Translations under genes and position numbers: made by a program
DNA from: Dendrobates tinctorius
Lineage: Eukaryota
Reading direction: 5' to 3'
Assembly (NCBI RefSeq): GCF_039654945.1
Contig: NW_027361726.1
Span: 8,432,001 to 8,496,000, forward strand
DNA length: 64,000 nt
The notes under the pieces: model-generated
The model's input: the letters and a program-made list of their open reading frames with translations, nothing else
What the model was told of the DNA's origin: nothing
Database searches by the model: none
Shown here: positions 1 to 45,212 of the stretch, one piece after another
How positions within the stretch are numbered: the first letter of the stretch is position 1
Layout of the letters: each line of letters begins with the position of its first letter

Positions 1-78
1 TTTTTTTTTAATATGCAAGTTAAGTTCTAAACTGTGATCTGGTGATGACATGGCATCAAATACTTTTCTGACATCTAG

Positions 79-32559
<32,481 letters not shown>

Positions 32560-32823
32560 TCAGTCTATCATCCTCTCACTGGTCATTACTGGTTTTGTGT
32601 TTTTTGCTATGAGGGTACAGGAAGGAGATGAAGGATCCAGGTCATGTGATTAGATGGGGGCACGATGGGTGCCAAGGTAGGGATTAATAAAGATGGAGAT
32701 CGGGAATGTTATTACTGGGAGAAGACAGTGGTTTGTGGCGTCTGTGGGAGGTTTATGGTCAGGAGGAGATTTGCACGTGAAACATTTTAGATTTGTCTAA
32801 TGTGTAATTCCAACTTTTAATCT

Positions 32824-32829
32824 AATAAA
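32824..32829 (+). promoter_or_regulatory. Probable DYNC1H1 polyadenylation signal
   Basis: AATAAA about 265 nt after the stop, with GT-rich sequence downstream. Alternative AATAAA hexamers at 32686 and 33398. Confidence 0.6.
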
Positions 32830-33990
32830 TATATGCATTACATTAAACATGGCTTTGTCTCTAAATCGGGCGCTGCAGCCCATGGATGAGAGGGCGATGC
32901 ACAGTCCTGATCTGTTCATTAGGACTGGAGTCAACACCATAAAATACATTGATGTTTTTGACTCCTGCAGTTTTTAGGCTTCAGCCACAGACTCGAGTAA
33001 TACAAGATAAATGGTAATAAAAGCCGGATCAGACGGAAAAGCAGACATGTACAATGCGGCAATCAGACTCTTACTACGGCTGGAGATTGTGCTGCATACA
33101 GACTCCAGGAAACTATTTCAGGTAAATAATTGTTTGGATTCCTGGTCGTCCTGTGGCGGTAAATCCATGAGAGAGGATGAGTGATGCAGGGGATCAGACA
33201 TGGCCCCCACATCTCAGGGATTACAGGATGGATGTGGTGGCTTTAGAAATCTGTTCTAGAGGTACCTGCCCAAGAAGCTGCATTGGACCTGGGAGAATGA
33301 GGGTTAACAAAGCTGAGAAGACAGACAAATGGTTGACCTGAACCAGTTACCCAAGGGAGACTTGCATGGTTTGTGTTTTGTTTTTGCCCTTGTATTAAAT
33401 AAAAAGGGCTTCAAAATTTCTGAAGATTAACTCCTTTCTTAATGAGCTGGGGTCTCCTGATCTGATGGATAGGAAGGACGGTAGGAGAATTTCTTGGTCG
33501 ATATCTGCAGAACAGATTTTAGTAAGGTGCACTCCATGGTTCTTTTAAAACGACAATCATGAGTGATACAAGTATGACTTCTCTGGAAGACTAGGCCTGT
33601 GAATTGCTGGCGTGATGGCCACCAAGAAAGCAAATATGAACTGAATCAAGAGGCTCAAAGTGGGGCGGCCTCGAAGGCTTTCAGACCCAACTGATTCCAT
33701 TGTGGGATCTCTGTCGTTCTCACGTTTTTCACTGCCGTGAAGAGTCTTAGTTAGCCGTTGTCCTAAAAGCTTTCCACTAAAGAGATTGCAGAGAAATCTA
33801 TCAAAGTATTAAGCTTGAATCAGTTTTTTGGATGTAAAAATGTTGTGAATGATTTATAAATCTTGTTAGTTCTTGGCCTGTTCAAGGCTACAAGGTTATC
33901 TGCTCCTTCAGCAGAAAAACCACCGTCCTGTCAACCAAGCTGTCAAGTGAAGCCTGGATGGAGGAGCCCATGCCGAACTGTCGGGTTCAG

Positions 33991-34500
33991 GTTAGGCCTC
34001 TTTCACATGTCCGTGTTTCTGGTATGTGGTGACAGTTTTCAAACGTACAGGAAACATTGAGACACATAGACCCATTTAAGTAAATGACTCTGTGCACATC
34101 TCAGTGTGTTTTCACAGACCGTGTATCCGTGGCCAAAATACGCAGCACGGGCCGTAAAAATGTCCCGCATACAGATGACATCTGTGTGATGCATACCGGC
34201 GTCTGAGAAGCAGCGGTACAGTAAGCGCTGTTCCCTGGCGCCGGGTGCAGAAAACCGCTTGCATCATTCTCCCCTACTCTGCCAGCGAGCAAGGGAGAAT
34301 GATGAGGGTTATATTCAACTGCTAATAGGGAGAGCAGGGGTCGGCTGATGGGAGTATTCATCAACTGCCGCCTGCGCTGTAAAATTTAAAAAAAAAGGCA
34401 TGGCTTCACCTGTATTTTTGATAATCGACCAACAAAACTGACAGCTGGGGGCTGCAACCGTCTGTTTCAGCAAGGCTCATTATCAAGAATAGAGGGGCCT
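33991..34500. mobile_element. PIF/Harbinger-type MITE fragment
   Basis: tta-ggcctctttcacatgtccgtg terminus of the frog GGC..CACA MITE type. Right end not seen. Confidence 0.5.
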
Positions 34501-34569
34501 GGGAGCGTGGCCTGCAAGAAGATGGCAGCAGTCGCATAACTCCAGGGCTCCTGAGACTGTGGACCTATG

Positions 34570-34752
34570 TTTTTTAGCGTAGCGCTTCGTGCGCAATAAA
34601 AACGCATCATGCGTTTTGCATGCATTTTAACCAGTTTCGAGCCATGTTAACTGTTAAAACACATGCGTGCGCATGTCCATGCGCCTGCGTTCCCATAGAC
34701 CATAATGCGTTATTTTGTCGCATTCCGTGCGCAAGTGTGTCATGCGGTTGTG

Positions 34753-34784
<32 letters not shown>

Positions 34785-34840
34785 CTGTTAGACGGACCCA
34801 AAAATGCAACAGGTTGCGTCTGGCGTGCCTAGGTGCACAC

Positions 34841-34876
<36 letters not shown>

Positions 34877-34991
34877 GAAAATGCATACGAACGCGTGCAA
34901 ACGCTAGATCATGCGCACGCCATGTTAAACAGGTGTGCATGACGATGGACATGGATGCACTGCGCAAAACAACGCGAATGTGAAACCAGCC
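34570..34991. mobile_element. PIF/Harbinger-type MITE, right portion
   Basis: Ends atgtgaaaccagcc-taa; internal palindromic aaacgcat/atgcgttt motifs. Confidence 0.5.
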
Positions 34992-34994
34992 TAA

Positions 34995-35375
34995 GGCTAG
35001 TTTCACACTAGCGTTACCGGGCGCAGCGCACGGCCGCTGCTAAGCTCTACCCTTGGCCGTGCTCCCTCCGGTCAGCTCCTCCTCTGATCACATGACGCTG
35101 CATGCAATCAGCGTACCCTATATTTAGCTTTGGGTACACTGGTCCTCTTGACGGCGAATGTGCCCTTTTGGCGCTGCGCTGACGTGCGCCAAACGCACTG
35201 TGTTGCATTTTTGTGCGGTAAAAGTGTTTCGGCGCACGACCAGTGTACCAGACGCTAAATATAGGGTACGCTGATCGCATGCAGCGTCATGCGATCAGAG
35301 GAGGAGCTGACCGGAGGGGCGTGGCTGAGGCAGAGCTTAGCGGCGGCCATGCGCTGCGTTAGTGTGAAACTAGCC
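34995..35375. mobile_element. PIF/Harbinger MITE, near-perfect palindrome
   Basis: TAA-ggctagtttcacacta ... tagtgtgaaactagcc-TAA, with long internal inverted arms. Confidence 0.85.
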
Positions 35376-35559
35376 TAATACAGGCAAACAGCAGCTTCCA
35401 GCCAGAATCCTTACCTCCATTAATGCAGGTTGCAGGTGTCTGAAGGCTCCGGGCGCATGATGACCTCTTTTCCAGAGGGAAACCTGCTGGGCGTTCAGGT
35501 AAAATGGTGCCTGCCTCTCCCTCAGGATCCTCTCACATGGCATGGGGGAGGTGCATAAT

Positions 35560-38500
35560 GTACCTCTCACAAAAGATATGGAGAGTCTCCTCTCTTCTTT
35601 AAGAGCCTCATTAAGAGAGGACTTGAATTCTGCCATCTTATTTTCCACATGGGAAGTGCGTTCTCTCAGGCTGGAGATTTCTCTCTTGATCTCCCCAGCA
35701 TGGATTTCAACACATCATATAATGCCCTGATTGATGAGAATGAATCTCTGAAAGAAGAATTTGCCCAGCTTAGCGACCAAGTATATAATCTAGAGCAGTT
35801 GTGGTGCCCCTGAGGGTTCAGTTGCCACAGAGGTACTGCACCTCCTGAGGTGTGGTACCCCACCATCCAGGTAAGGTGGAGACACCTGACCACACTCCAA
35901 CACCTGCATCCCACACCACAAAGTAGTGTAGCAAAGTACCTTCAGCGGCTCCCTGCTTGGAGTATAGCATAGCACCCCTTGGTGGCTCCCTGCTTGGAAC
36001 ACGAAACGTGCTGGGAGGTGGTGTTTATTTCACATAAAAGAGCCGGAAGAGTAGAGTCAGTCAGTCTTTTCATTCAGTCAATGAGTGAGGATGTAGAAGG
36101 ACAGTGTGAGACAGAGAAGATCCCCAGGAAAGGGATGGAAGAAGGAAGTGCTGCAGCAGGCCACAGTGATCTGGGTCTGCTGGCACAGGAAAGACATAAA
36201 GGAAGCTTGATTCTCCATTGGGAAGAAGGATTAGCACGGAACGTGAGAATAAGAGAACTAAGGATTAGGGTTATTATTATTATTTGTTATAGCGCCATTT
36301 ATTCCATGGCGCTTTACATGTGAGGAGGGGTATACATAAAAACAAGTACAATAATCTTAAACAATACAAGTCATAACTGGTACAGGAGGAGAGAGGACCC
36401 TGCCCGCGAGGGCTCACAATCTTCAAGGGATGGGTGGTAATACAGTAGGCGAGGGTAGAGCTGGTCGTGCAGCGGTTTGGTCGATCGGTGGTTACTGCAG
36501 GTTATAGGCTTGTCGGAAGAGGTGGGTCTTCAGGCTCTTTTTGAAGGTTTCGATGGTAGGTGAGAGTCTGATATGATGTGGTAGAGAGTTCCAGAGTAGG
36601 GGTGATGCGCGAGAGAAATCTTGTATGCGATTGTGGGAAGAGGAGATAAGAGGGGAGTAGAGAAGGAGATCTTGTGAGGATCGGAGGTTGCGTGCAGGAA
36701 AGTACCGGGAGACGAGGTCACAGATGTATGGAGGAGACAAGTTGTGGATGGCTTTGTATGTCATGGTTAGGGTTTTGTAATGGAGTCTCTGGGCAATTGG
36801 GAGCCAGTGAAGGGATTGACAGAGGGGAGAAGCTGGGGAATAGCGGGGGGACAGGTGGATTAGTCGGGCAGCAGAGTTTAGAATAGATTGGAGGGGTGCG
36901 AGAGTGTTTGAGGGGAGGCCACAGAGCATGAGGTTGCAGTAGTCAAGGCGAGAGATGATGAGGGCATGGACTAGGGTTTTTGCAGATTCTTGGGTGAGGA
37001 ATGAACGGATGCGTGAAATATTTTTGAGTTGAAGTCGGCATGAAGTGGAAAGGGTTTGGATATGTGGTTTGAAGGAGAGATCAGCGTCAAGGATTACTCC
37101 GAGGCAGCGAGCTTGTGGGACTGGGGAGAGTGGGCAGTCATTTACTGTAATTGATAGGTTCGTAGGGGGGGTCGCGTGAGATGGGGGAAAGATGATGATA
37201 CTGAAAGCCATGAGATTCTATGAGCTGTCCCAGGCCAAAGGTGTAAATAGAGAACAGCAGGGGCCCAAGGACTGAACCTTGTGGGACTCCGACAGATAGG
37301 GGGCGAGGTGAGGAGGTGGTGTGTGAGTGGGAGACGCTGAATGTCCGGTCTGTTAGGTATGATGAGATCCAGGAGAGGGCCAAGTCTGTGATGCCGAGGG
37401 ATGAGAGGGTCTGTAATAATAGGGAATGGTCCACTGTGTCAAAGGCAGCCGACAGGTCCAGGAGGAGGAGGACAGAGTAGTGTCGCTTGCTCTTGGCAGT
37501 TAAGAGGTCATTGGTGACCTTAGTAAGGGCTGTTTCAGTGGAGTGGTGTGACCGGAAGCCAGATTGTAAGCGGTCGAAGAGGGAGCAAGAAGAGAGATGG
37601 GAGGACAGTTCAAGGTAGACGTGTTGTTCCAGTAGCTTGGAGGCGTATGGGAGAAGTGATATAGGGCGATAGCTAGATACAGAGGATGGGTAAAGAGAGG
37701 GCTTTTTGAGGATAGGTGTGATGGAGGCATGTTTAAAGCTTGAGGGGAAAACACCAGTTGTTAGTGATAGGTTGAAGAGATGGGTTAGGGTTGGGATGAA
37801 GACTGTGGTGAGGTTTGGGATGAAGTGGGATGGGATCGGGTCGAGTGCACAGGTGGTGAGATGTGATCTTGAGAGTAGAGTGGAGAGTCGATCTTCTGTA
37901 ATGGTGGAGAAGTTGGTTTTGAAGGTGGAGGGCTGGGAAGTCGGGAGGAAGGGCTCTGGGGGTTGTTGACCAAAACTGTCCCTGATATCAATTTTCTGCT
38001 TGAAAAATGAGGCAAAGTCTTCAGCTGAGATGAGTGGGGAGGGAGGAGGTGCTGGGGGGCGGAGGAGAGAATTGAAGGTGTTGAATAACTGTTTAGGGTT
38101 GCGAGACAGGGAGGATATGAGAGATGAGAAGTAGGTTTGTTTAGCTGTGGCGAGTGTGGTCTTGAAAGTAGTGAGGGACTGTTTGAATGCGATGAAGTGC
38201 TCGTTGGAGTGGGATCTTTTCCATCTGCGCTCAGCAGCCCTGGAAGCTCGCCTCAGCTCTTTGGTCAGGCTGGTGTGCCAGGGCTGTCTGTTGATTTTGC
38301 GAGTTTTGGTATGTGTAAGTGGGGCAGCGGATTCCAAAGCTACAGCTATTGTGGTGTTATATAGAGCGGCAGCGTCATCCGCATTGTGTAAGGAACTTAT
38401 ATCTGTAAGAGGGAGGAGGGATTCAGAGAATGAGTGTAGGTCAAGGTGTTTAAGATTCCTGCGAGGGTGTGAAAGTTTGTGGGGTGAGGATTGTAGACAT

Positions 38501-40890
38501 GGAGTGAAGAGGGAAGAGAATGTGAGCAGGTTGTGGTCAGAGAGAGGAAGAGGTGAGTTAGAGAGGCTAGATAGGGAGCAGAGGCGGGTGAAGATGAGGT
38601 CCAGTGTGTGGCCATCTTTGTGGGTGGCTGTAGAAGACCATTGAGTGAGGCCGAAGGAGGAAGTGAGAGATAGAAGTTTAGTGGCAGCTGAGAGGGAAGT
38701 GTCAATGGGGATGTTGAAGTCGCCCATGATGATGGTAGGGATGTCAGCGGAAAGGAAATGAAGTAACCAGGTGGTGAAGTGGTCAAAGAAGGTGGTGGCT
38801 GGCCCTGGGGGGCGGTAGATGACAGCCAGTTGGAGGTTGGAGGGGGAGTAGATGCGCACAGAGTGCACCTCAAAGGAAGGGAGGGTAACAGAGGGTGGCA
38901 GTGGGATTGGGGTGAAGGAGCAGGTATCTGACAGGAGAAAACCAACTCCTCCACCATGTTTGCTGCTGGGGCGGGGGGTGTGAGAAAGGTGGAAGCCACC
39001 ATACGAAAGTGCAGCAGGAGAGGCTGTGTCAGAAGGGGTGAGCCAGGTTTCGGTGATGGCGAGGAAGGAGAGTTTGGTAGTAACAAAAAGATCATGGATG
39101 TAGGAAAGCTTGTTGCAGACAGAGCGAGCGTTCCACAGAGCTCCTGTTAGTGGGACTGGGGAAGCGGGGGCTGGGTGAATGGGTATAAGGTTGGAGAGGT
39201 TACGGAAGGTTGTGATAGAGCGTGGATGGGAGGTAGAAATGACTGTGGGAATGTGGTGAGGAGGACCAGGATTTGGAGAGATATCACCAGCAGTGAGAAG
39301 GAGCAGAGAAAGTGTTAGCAGGTGGGAGCAGGAGAGGGCATGAGGGGGCTGTCTGTGTTTGGAGACAGAGGATTGTATGTTAAGGAACAGTTTTGAGGCG
39401 GAGGTGAGGTGGATGGGGAGGATTGAAGAAGAGATGAACAGTTCCTTACTAGGAGTAGGGATTAGGGGAATTAGCAGAAAGTGAAGGATTATTGGGGTGA
39501 AAGTGATAACAAACAGAAACATTGTTTACAGTGACTGTCCAGTTCCCTTCAGTTCCAATTCTGGTTTTAATTCTTAAATTAATCTTCACACTTCTAGCAC
39601 ACACTTATAGCAATCACAATGCAGACTGAAGTCTATGCAGACTTGTGCTCTGCAATATATGTACAACTAAGTGCAGTCAGGTGTGAAGCAGAGAGGAGTG
39701 GTCTCTGCTCATCTTGGCCAGACAATTAAGAGTGGACCATATGTATATGATCAAGCCAGAGTAAACAAGGTCATAAATAACACTGGGGTAAGCTGGGGTT
39801 AGCTGAAAGGCATACCATGTGAATGCTAGGTGCAGAGGCAAGTCTATGTGCAAAGCTGGGTGATGCACTGTGTGTCCTTCATAGACAGACAGCAGGAGAG
39901 CAGGAGAGCTGGGTGGATGGACATACCTGTCCATCCATCCAAGGAGAACCCTTTTCAAGTTCTAAACGCAAGGCCGGGGCCCGGTCCCCGAGGTTGTATG
40001 GATACTAATGGTCCAGCAGCAGACACCGGAGGAATATTAGTAGTGACCACTTTATTCCCACACCAGACTTGGGGGCACAACAGCAACATATTAGTGAGCC
40101 GGGACTTAGTAGCAAGGAGTCCCCGAAGCAGGCTACAGCTGTCTGCCGTACAAGTAGAGTTCATAGGAACATCTGACAGGAGGAACTCCAGTGTAACTCA
40201 GTACTAGGAGTACTTCATTCAAAGGCGCTATAAGAGGAGACGTTCAGAAAAGGCACATATGTTGGCGGAGTGTTAGAAAGGAGTGCTTCATCGGGCCTGG
40301 AAGTTGGCTGAGCTCCTGACCCGGAGGACACAGCACAGATGCGGGCACCTGTACCTGCAACAGACTGTGAGTAAAGCTTTGGAACTACATGCCTTGGTGT
40401 CCTCCACTTATTCCTGCGCCAACCTGCCCAGCACTGCTACATCCCTTGCGCCTGACACTACACCATCTACGTGTCACTTCACCAACACTGCCCTGGGACT
40501 ACAGCCCTGCCTGTGGAGGGTTATAACATCACTGCTGCACCACACCATCTGTCTCAGAGGATCTGTCTGCAGCGTCGGCTTACATCTCTATTGCCGAGCA
40601 CCACAGGTGGCGTCACGAATCACTCATCATAAGCACACTGAACACTTCCCTTTTACAATGGGCGCCACGGGCCGGGTCCCAGCTGCCATGACATCTCCCA
40701 TTGAAGCTCATCGGGCCCGCTACCGAGTACCCCACAGCCCTGGTGATGGAATTATCACCTGGGCAATTCTAAGAAAATCCTGAAAACATGACCTGTTGGT
40801 GGGCCTTGAGGACTGGAGTTGGGAACCCTGATCTAGAGGACAGATTTAGAAGGAATAATGTTTGCATAAGAGGTATTCCAGACTGGATTG
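35560..40890 (+). mobile_element. L1/Tx1 ORF1 remnant (35560-35799 and ~40825-40890) split by an LTR-like repeat (~35800-36268 + ~39850-40750)
   Basis: Coiled-coil ...NESLKEEFAQLSDQVYNLE stops at tgtggtgcccc (TG-starting LTR-like repeat) and resumes as DLEDRFRRNNVCIRGIP, the L1 ORF1 RRNN..I.GIP motif. Confidence 0.5.
36270..39800 (-). mobile_element. L2 (CR1/L2 clade) non-LTR retrotransposon with APE + RT ORF, catalytic YADD segment deleted
   Basis: ORF 39522-37138: APE (LWNARSV, ITETWL, MGDFN, LSDH) and RT ([35 protein letters not shown]). C-terminal part 37211-36492 (SRLDYCN, LHWLP). (TAA)n 3' tail at ~36270. Confidence 0.93.
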
Positions 40891-40894
40891 CTAA

Positions 40895-43190
40895 TAAGGG
40901 CCCCCGGCACATTAACCCCTGGCACACTGCGATCAAACATGATCGCAGTGTACCAGGGGCCAGGTACGGACTGGGGCTAAAATTCAGCCCTGACACTTGA
41001 AATCACACAGGCCCATTCTGTCTCCATCCCAAAGCACCAGATGGGATATATTACTAATATTACCCTGGATGGAGGAAAGCAAGATTTGCTACAATCTAAC
41101 TACTATCTATTGATACCCGTGGCCTGCTGGGGTAATTGACGGAGTCAGCAACTTTGTTTTCCGTCACATCTATTAACAGTATGGATGTCTTGAGATCACC
41201 AATTCTGTTAACAATGTAGCAGTCAAGGTGCCCCACGACCAGACAGGCCCTTCTGGCATTTGCCAGATGGCCAGTCCGGCCCTGCCGGGGGCATAGGAGA
41301 GAAGCGCGCAGGGAGGGGGCTCCCTCCGTGCTTCCCTGCGACCCTCGGAGCGACGCGATGTACTGCGTCGCTCCGAGGGTCTCCAATATGGCTGCGGGGG
41401 CCTGCAGAGAGGCGGATTCCACAGCGCCTGCTGAGAGCAGGCATGAGGAAGCCTGCAGTAGCGCCTGTCAGATCGCTGATCCGACAGAGTGCTGTCCAAA
41501 CTGTCAGATCAGCGATCTGACACCTTATAGTGATGTCCCCACCTGGGACAATATCATAAAGTTAAAAAAAACAAGTGTAAAAATAATTTATAAAAAATCC
41601 CCAAATAAATTTAAAAAAAATTCCTCAATAAATTTCTTTTTGTAAATAAAAAAGACATAAAAATGCACATATTTAGTATTGCCGCATCCGTAACGACCCG
41701 CCCTATAAAACTGTCCCACTAGTTAACCCCTTTAGTTAACCCCTTAAAAAAAAAAGAAGCTAAAAACAATGCTTTATCATCATACAGCCGAACAAAAAGT
41801 GCAATAAGGTACAATCAAAAAGACGAATATAAATAAAGATGGTACCGCTGAAAACGTCATCTTGTCCTGCAAAAAAAACGAGCCAGTCATACAGCATCAT
41901 TTGCGAAAAAATAAAAAGTTATAGCTCGCAGGATAAAGCAATGCAAAAATAATTATTTTTTATATAAAATTTTCATTGCATAAAAGCGCCAAAACATAAG
42001 ACATAAATGAGGTATCACTGTAATCGTACTGACCAGAAGAATAAAACCGCTTTATGAATTTTACAACACTTACCACACATGGAACGATGTAAACGCACCC
42101 CCCAAAAGAAATGCATGAAATGCTGGTTTTTGTTCATTCTGCGTCCCAAAAATGGGAATAAAAAGCAATTAAAAAATGTCACGTGCCCGAAAATGGTACC
42201 AATAAAAACGTCAACTTGTCCCGCAAAAAATAAGACCTCACATGACTCGGTGGGTCAAAATATGAAAACGTTATAGCTCTCAAAATGTGGAGATGCAAAA
42301 ACTTTTTTTTTTTTTACAATAAAAAGCGTCTTTTAGCGTGCGACAGCTGGCAAACATAAAAACCCGCCATAAATAGTAAATCAAACCCCCCTTTATCACC
42401 CCCTTACTTAGGGAAAAATAATAAAATTTAAAAAAATGTATTTATTTCCATTTTGCCATTAGGGCTAGGGTTAGGGTAAGGCTGTGTGCACACGATGCAG
42501 ATTCTGCTGCGGCTTTTTCAGCGCAGATTTGGCTAAATCCGCAGGTAAATTCTCAGGTCCAATGACCTGCGTTTTACCTGCGGATTTAGTGTGGATTAGC
42601 CTGTGGTTTTCCCCTGCGTTTTGACACCTGGTAATGGAGCAGGTGTCAAACCTCAGCACAAAGAAGTGACATGCTGCGGATTTAAAACCATGTGCACTGC
42701 GCTTTTCATTTGCCATTGAATATAAAGATACTGTACAATGCAGCAGAATCCGCAAAGTGTGCACACACCCTTAGGGTTAGGGCTAGGGTTTAGATGGCGT
42801 CTGATCTCAATTCCAGCCAATTCTGCGTTCAAAAAGTCAAATGGTGCTCCTTCCCTTCCAAGTTCTGCCATGCGCCCAAACAGTGGTTTACCCCCATATA
42901 TGGAGTATCAGCCTACTCAGGACAAATTACACAACAAATTTTGGGGTCCAATTTCTCCTGTTACCCTTGGGAAAATAAAAAATTTCGGGCAAAAATATCA
43001 TTTTTGGGGGAAAAAATTTGATTTTTTTATGGCTCTACGTCAAACTTCTGTGAAGCACTTGGGGGTTCAAAGTGCTCACCACACATCTAGATAAGTTCCT
43101 TGGGGGGGTCTAGTTTCCAAAATGGGGTCACTTGTGTGGGGTTTCCACTGTTTAGGCACATCAGGGGCTTTCCAAACGCGGCATGGAGTC
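40895..43190. mobile_element. Non-autonomous DNA transposon fragment (piggyBac-like frog repeat) containing a Harbinger MITE at 42480-42770
   Basis: ttaacccc motifs and gggttagg arrays. The inner MITE reads taa-ggctgtgtgcacac...gtgtgcacacaccc-tta. Confidence 0.45.
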
Positions 43191-44059
43191 CAATACTTCG
43201 CCATACTTTCCTCTTTCCATCATTCTGGTAGAGGTTGATCTTGGTTTCATCAGTCCAAAGAATGTTCTTCCAGAACTGGGCTGGCTTTTTTAGATGTTTT
43301 TTTAGCAAAGTCCAGTCTAGCCTTTTTATTCTTGATGCTTACGAGTGGCTTGCACCGTGCAGCGAACCCTCTGTATTTACTTTCATGCAGTCTTCTCTTT
43401 ATGGTAGATTTGGATATTGATATGCCTACCTCCTGGAGAGTGTGGTTCACTTGGTTGGCTGTTGTGAAGGGGTTTCTCTTCACCATGGAGACTATTCTGC
43501 GATCATCCACCACTGTTGTCTTCCGTGGGCGCCCAGGTCTTTTTGCATTGATGAGTTCACCAGTTCTTTCTTTCTCAGGATGTACCAAACTGTAGATTTT
43601 GCCACTCCTAATGTTGTAGCAATTTCTCGGATGGGTTTTTTTCTGTTTTTGCAGCTTAAGGATGGCTTGTTTCACCTGCATGGAGAGCTCCTTTGACCGC
43701 TTGTTTCCTTCACAACAAAAGCTTCCAAATGCAAGCACCACACCTCAAATCAACTCCAGGGCTTTTATCTGCTTAATTGAGAATGACATAACGAAGGGAT
43801 TGCCCACACCTGTCCATGAAATAGCCTTGGAGTCAATTGTCCAATTACTTTTGGTCCCTTTAAAAACAGGGTTGCACATGTTAAGGAGCTGAAACTCCTA
43901 AACCCTTCTTCCAATTTTAATGTGGATACCCTCAAATGAAAGCTAAAAGTCTGAACTTCAACTGCATCTGAATTGTTTTGTTTAAAATTCATTGTGGTAA
44001 TGTCTAGAACCAAAATTAGAAAAATGTTGTCTCTGTCCAAATATATATGGACCTAACTG
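43190..44059 (-). mobile_element. Truncated Tc1-like transposon (5' half)
   Basis: TIR cagttaggtcc with TA at 44060-44061. Transposase fragments RPGRPRKTT...STIKRRLH...KPL and WKNILWTDETKINL with frameshifts; breaks off at ~43190. Confidence 0.85.
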
Positions 44060-45091
44060 TAAATATATATTGAGGCTCCAATATATTTTAAAATACATAT
44101 AAAACATTACATATATAAAGTGCTGAGTGTAAAAAGTGTCAATGGAAAAAGGGGGAGAGCAATTAGGGGTATATACCTTTAAGGCCCACCGGTCACTGAG
44201 CAGCACAGCCCTTTTGACAAGCGTTTCGGATTGAATCCTTTGTCAGGGGGTGATGCATGCTCTGAACCGGTCTAGAAAAAAACCTCAAAAGATTATTGGA
44301 TCAAATATTCTGAAAAAACCAAGAGAGCAAAAGAAATTTGACCCTAAAAATTAACTTTTATTCCAATATTAAAAACCTGGATAGTACCAATATAGGGAGC
44401 AGGGTACATAATATTTTGGACATACAAATTGTGCAATATATCAGGGCACTACACTCGCCCTAATAAGCCCTAGTGCGTCCCTTCCTTGCCGCGGAGGTTG
44501 GCACCCTAATATATGCGATATGGCGCCCCCGCTCAACGTCGGTGACCCTAATAGCACCCTGTACAACCCTAGTCCACGAAGAGGATACACAAAAAACACA
44601 AACACACACAAATCCCGAAAAAATGACCCCTAATGGAGAGACCATGTACTGTCTCTAGGAGTACACCTAATCTTAACACAGAGTGGAGGGTATATATCCA
44701 CCCTCATATCTCGTAGTAAAAAATGCTTATGGTTGCAGCTCAATTAGAAACTTATCTCGTAGGAAAAAATGCCAAATGCTGCATAGGTGACAGACTGTAG
44801 CTTTCTAAAAAAGCGTTTACACATAGCAACAATGCATAGATTAAATCCAACAGGAGTTCATCAGGAAAACATATTTGCTGATCTAGCGTGTCCAAGGGAC
44901 ATAATAGTCCTCAAAAATCACAATAGACACAATAATCTCTTTTATAAACAAGTATGGCAAAAAGCACCATTGAATTCATTCATGGGATGACCCAATTACC
45001 CAATAAACAAATTGCCATCCATCAGTCTGTCAGCATAAAAATTCAAAAAATACAAAAAATACTTATCAGCCATCAGATGATAACGAGCCCA

Positions 45092-45137
45092 GCCCGACGC
45101 GTTTCCCCCTCTTAGATGTTGAGGGTTCATCAGGGGC
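45092..45137 (-). ncRNA. Minimal type I hammerhead ribozyme (Penelope-associated)
   Basis: Minus strand gccc-CTGATGA-accctc-aacatctaa-gaggg-g-GAAAC-gcGTC-gggc. Stems I and II pair; helix III is the palindromic ACGCGT. Confidence 0.8.
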
Positions 45138-45212
45138 AAAAGAGCGCAAGGGGTCTCATCACCCCAGCCGAATGATCAATGCAGTGTGCGGCGAGATATG
45201 AGGGTGGATATA

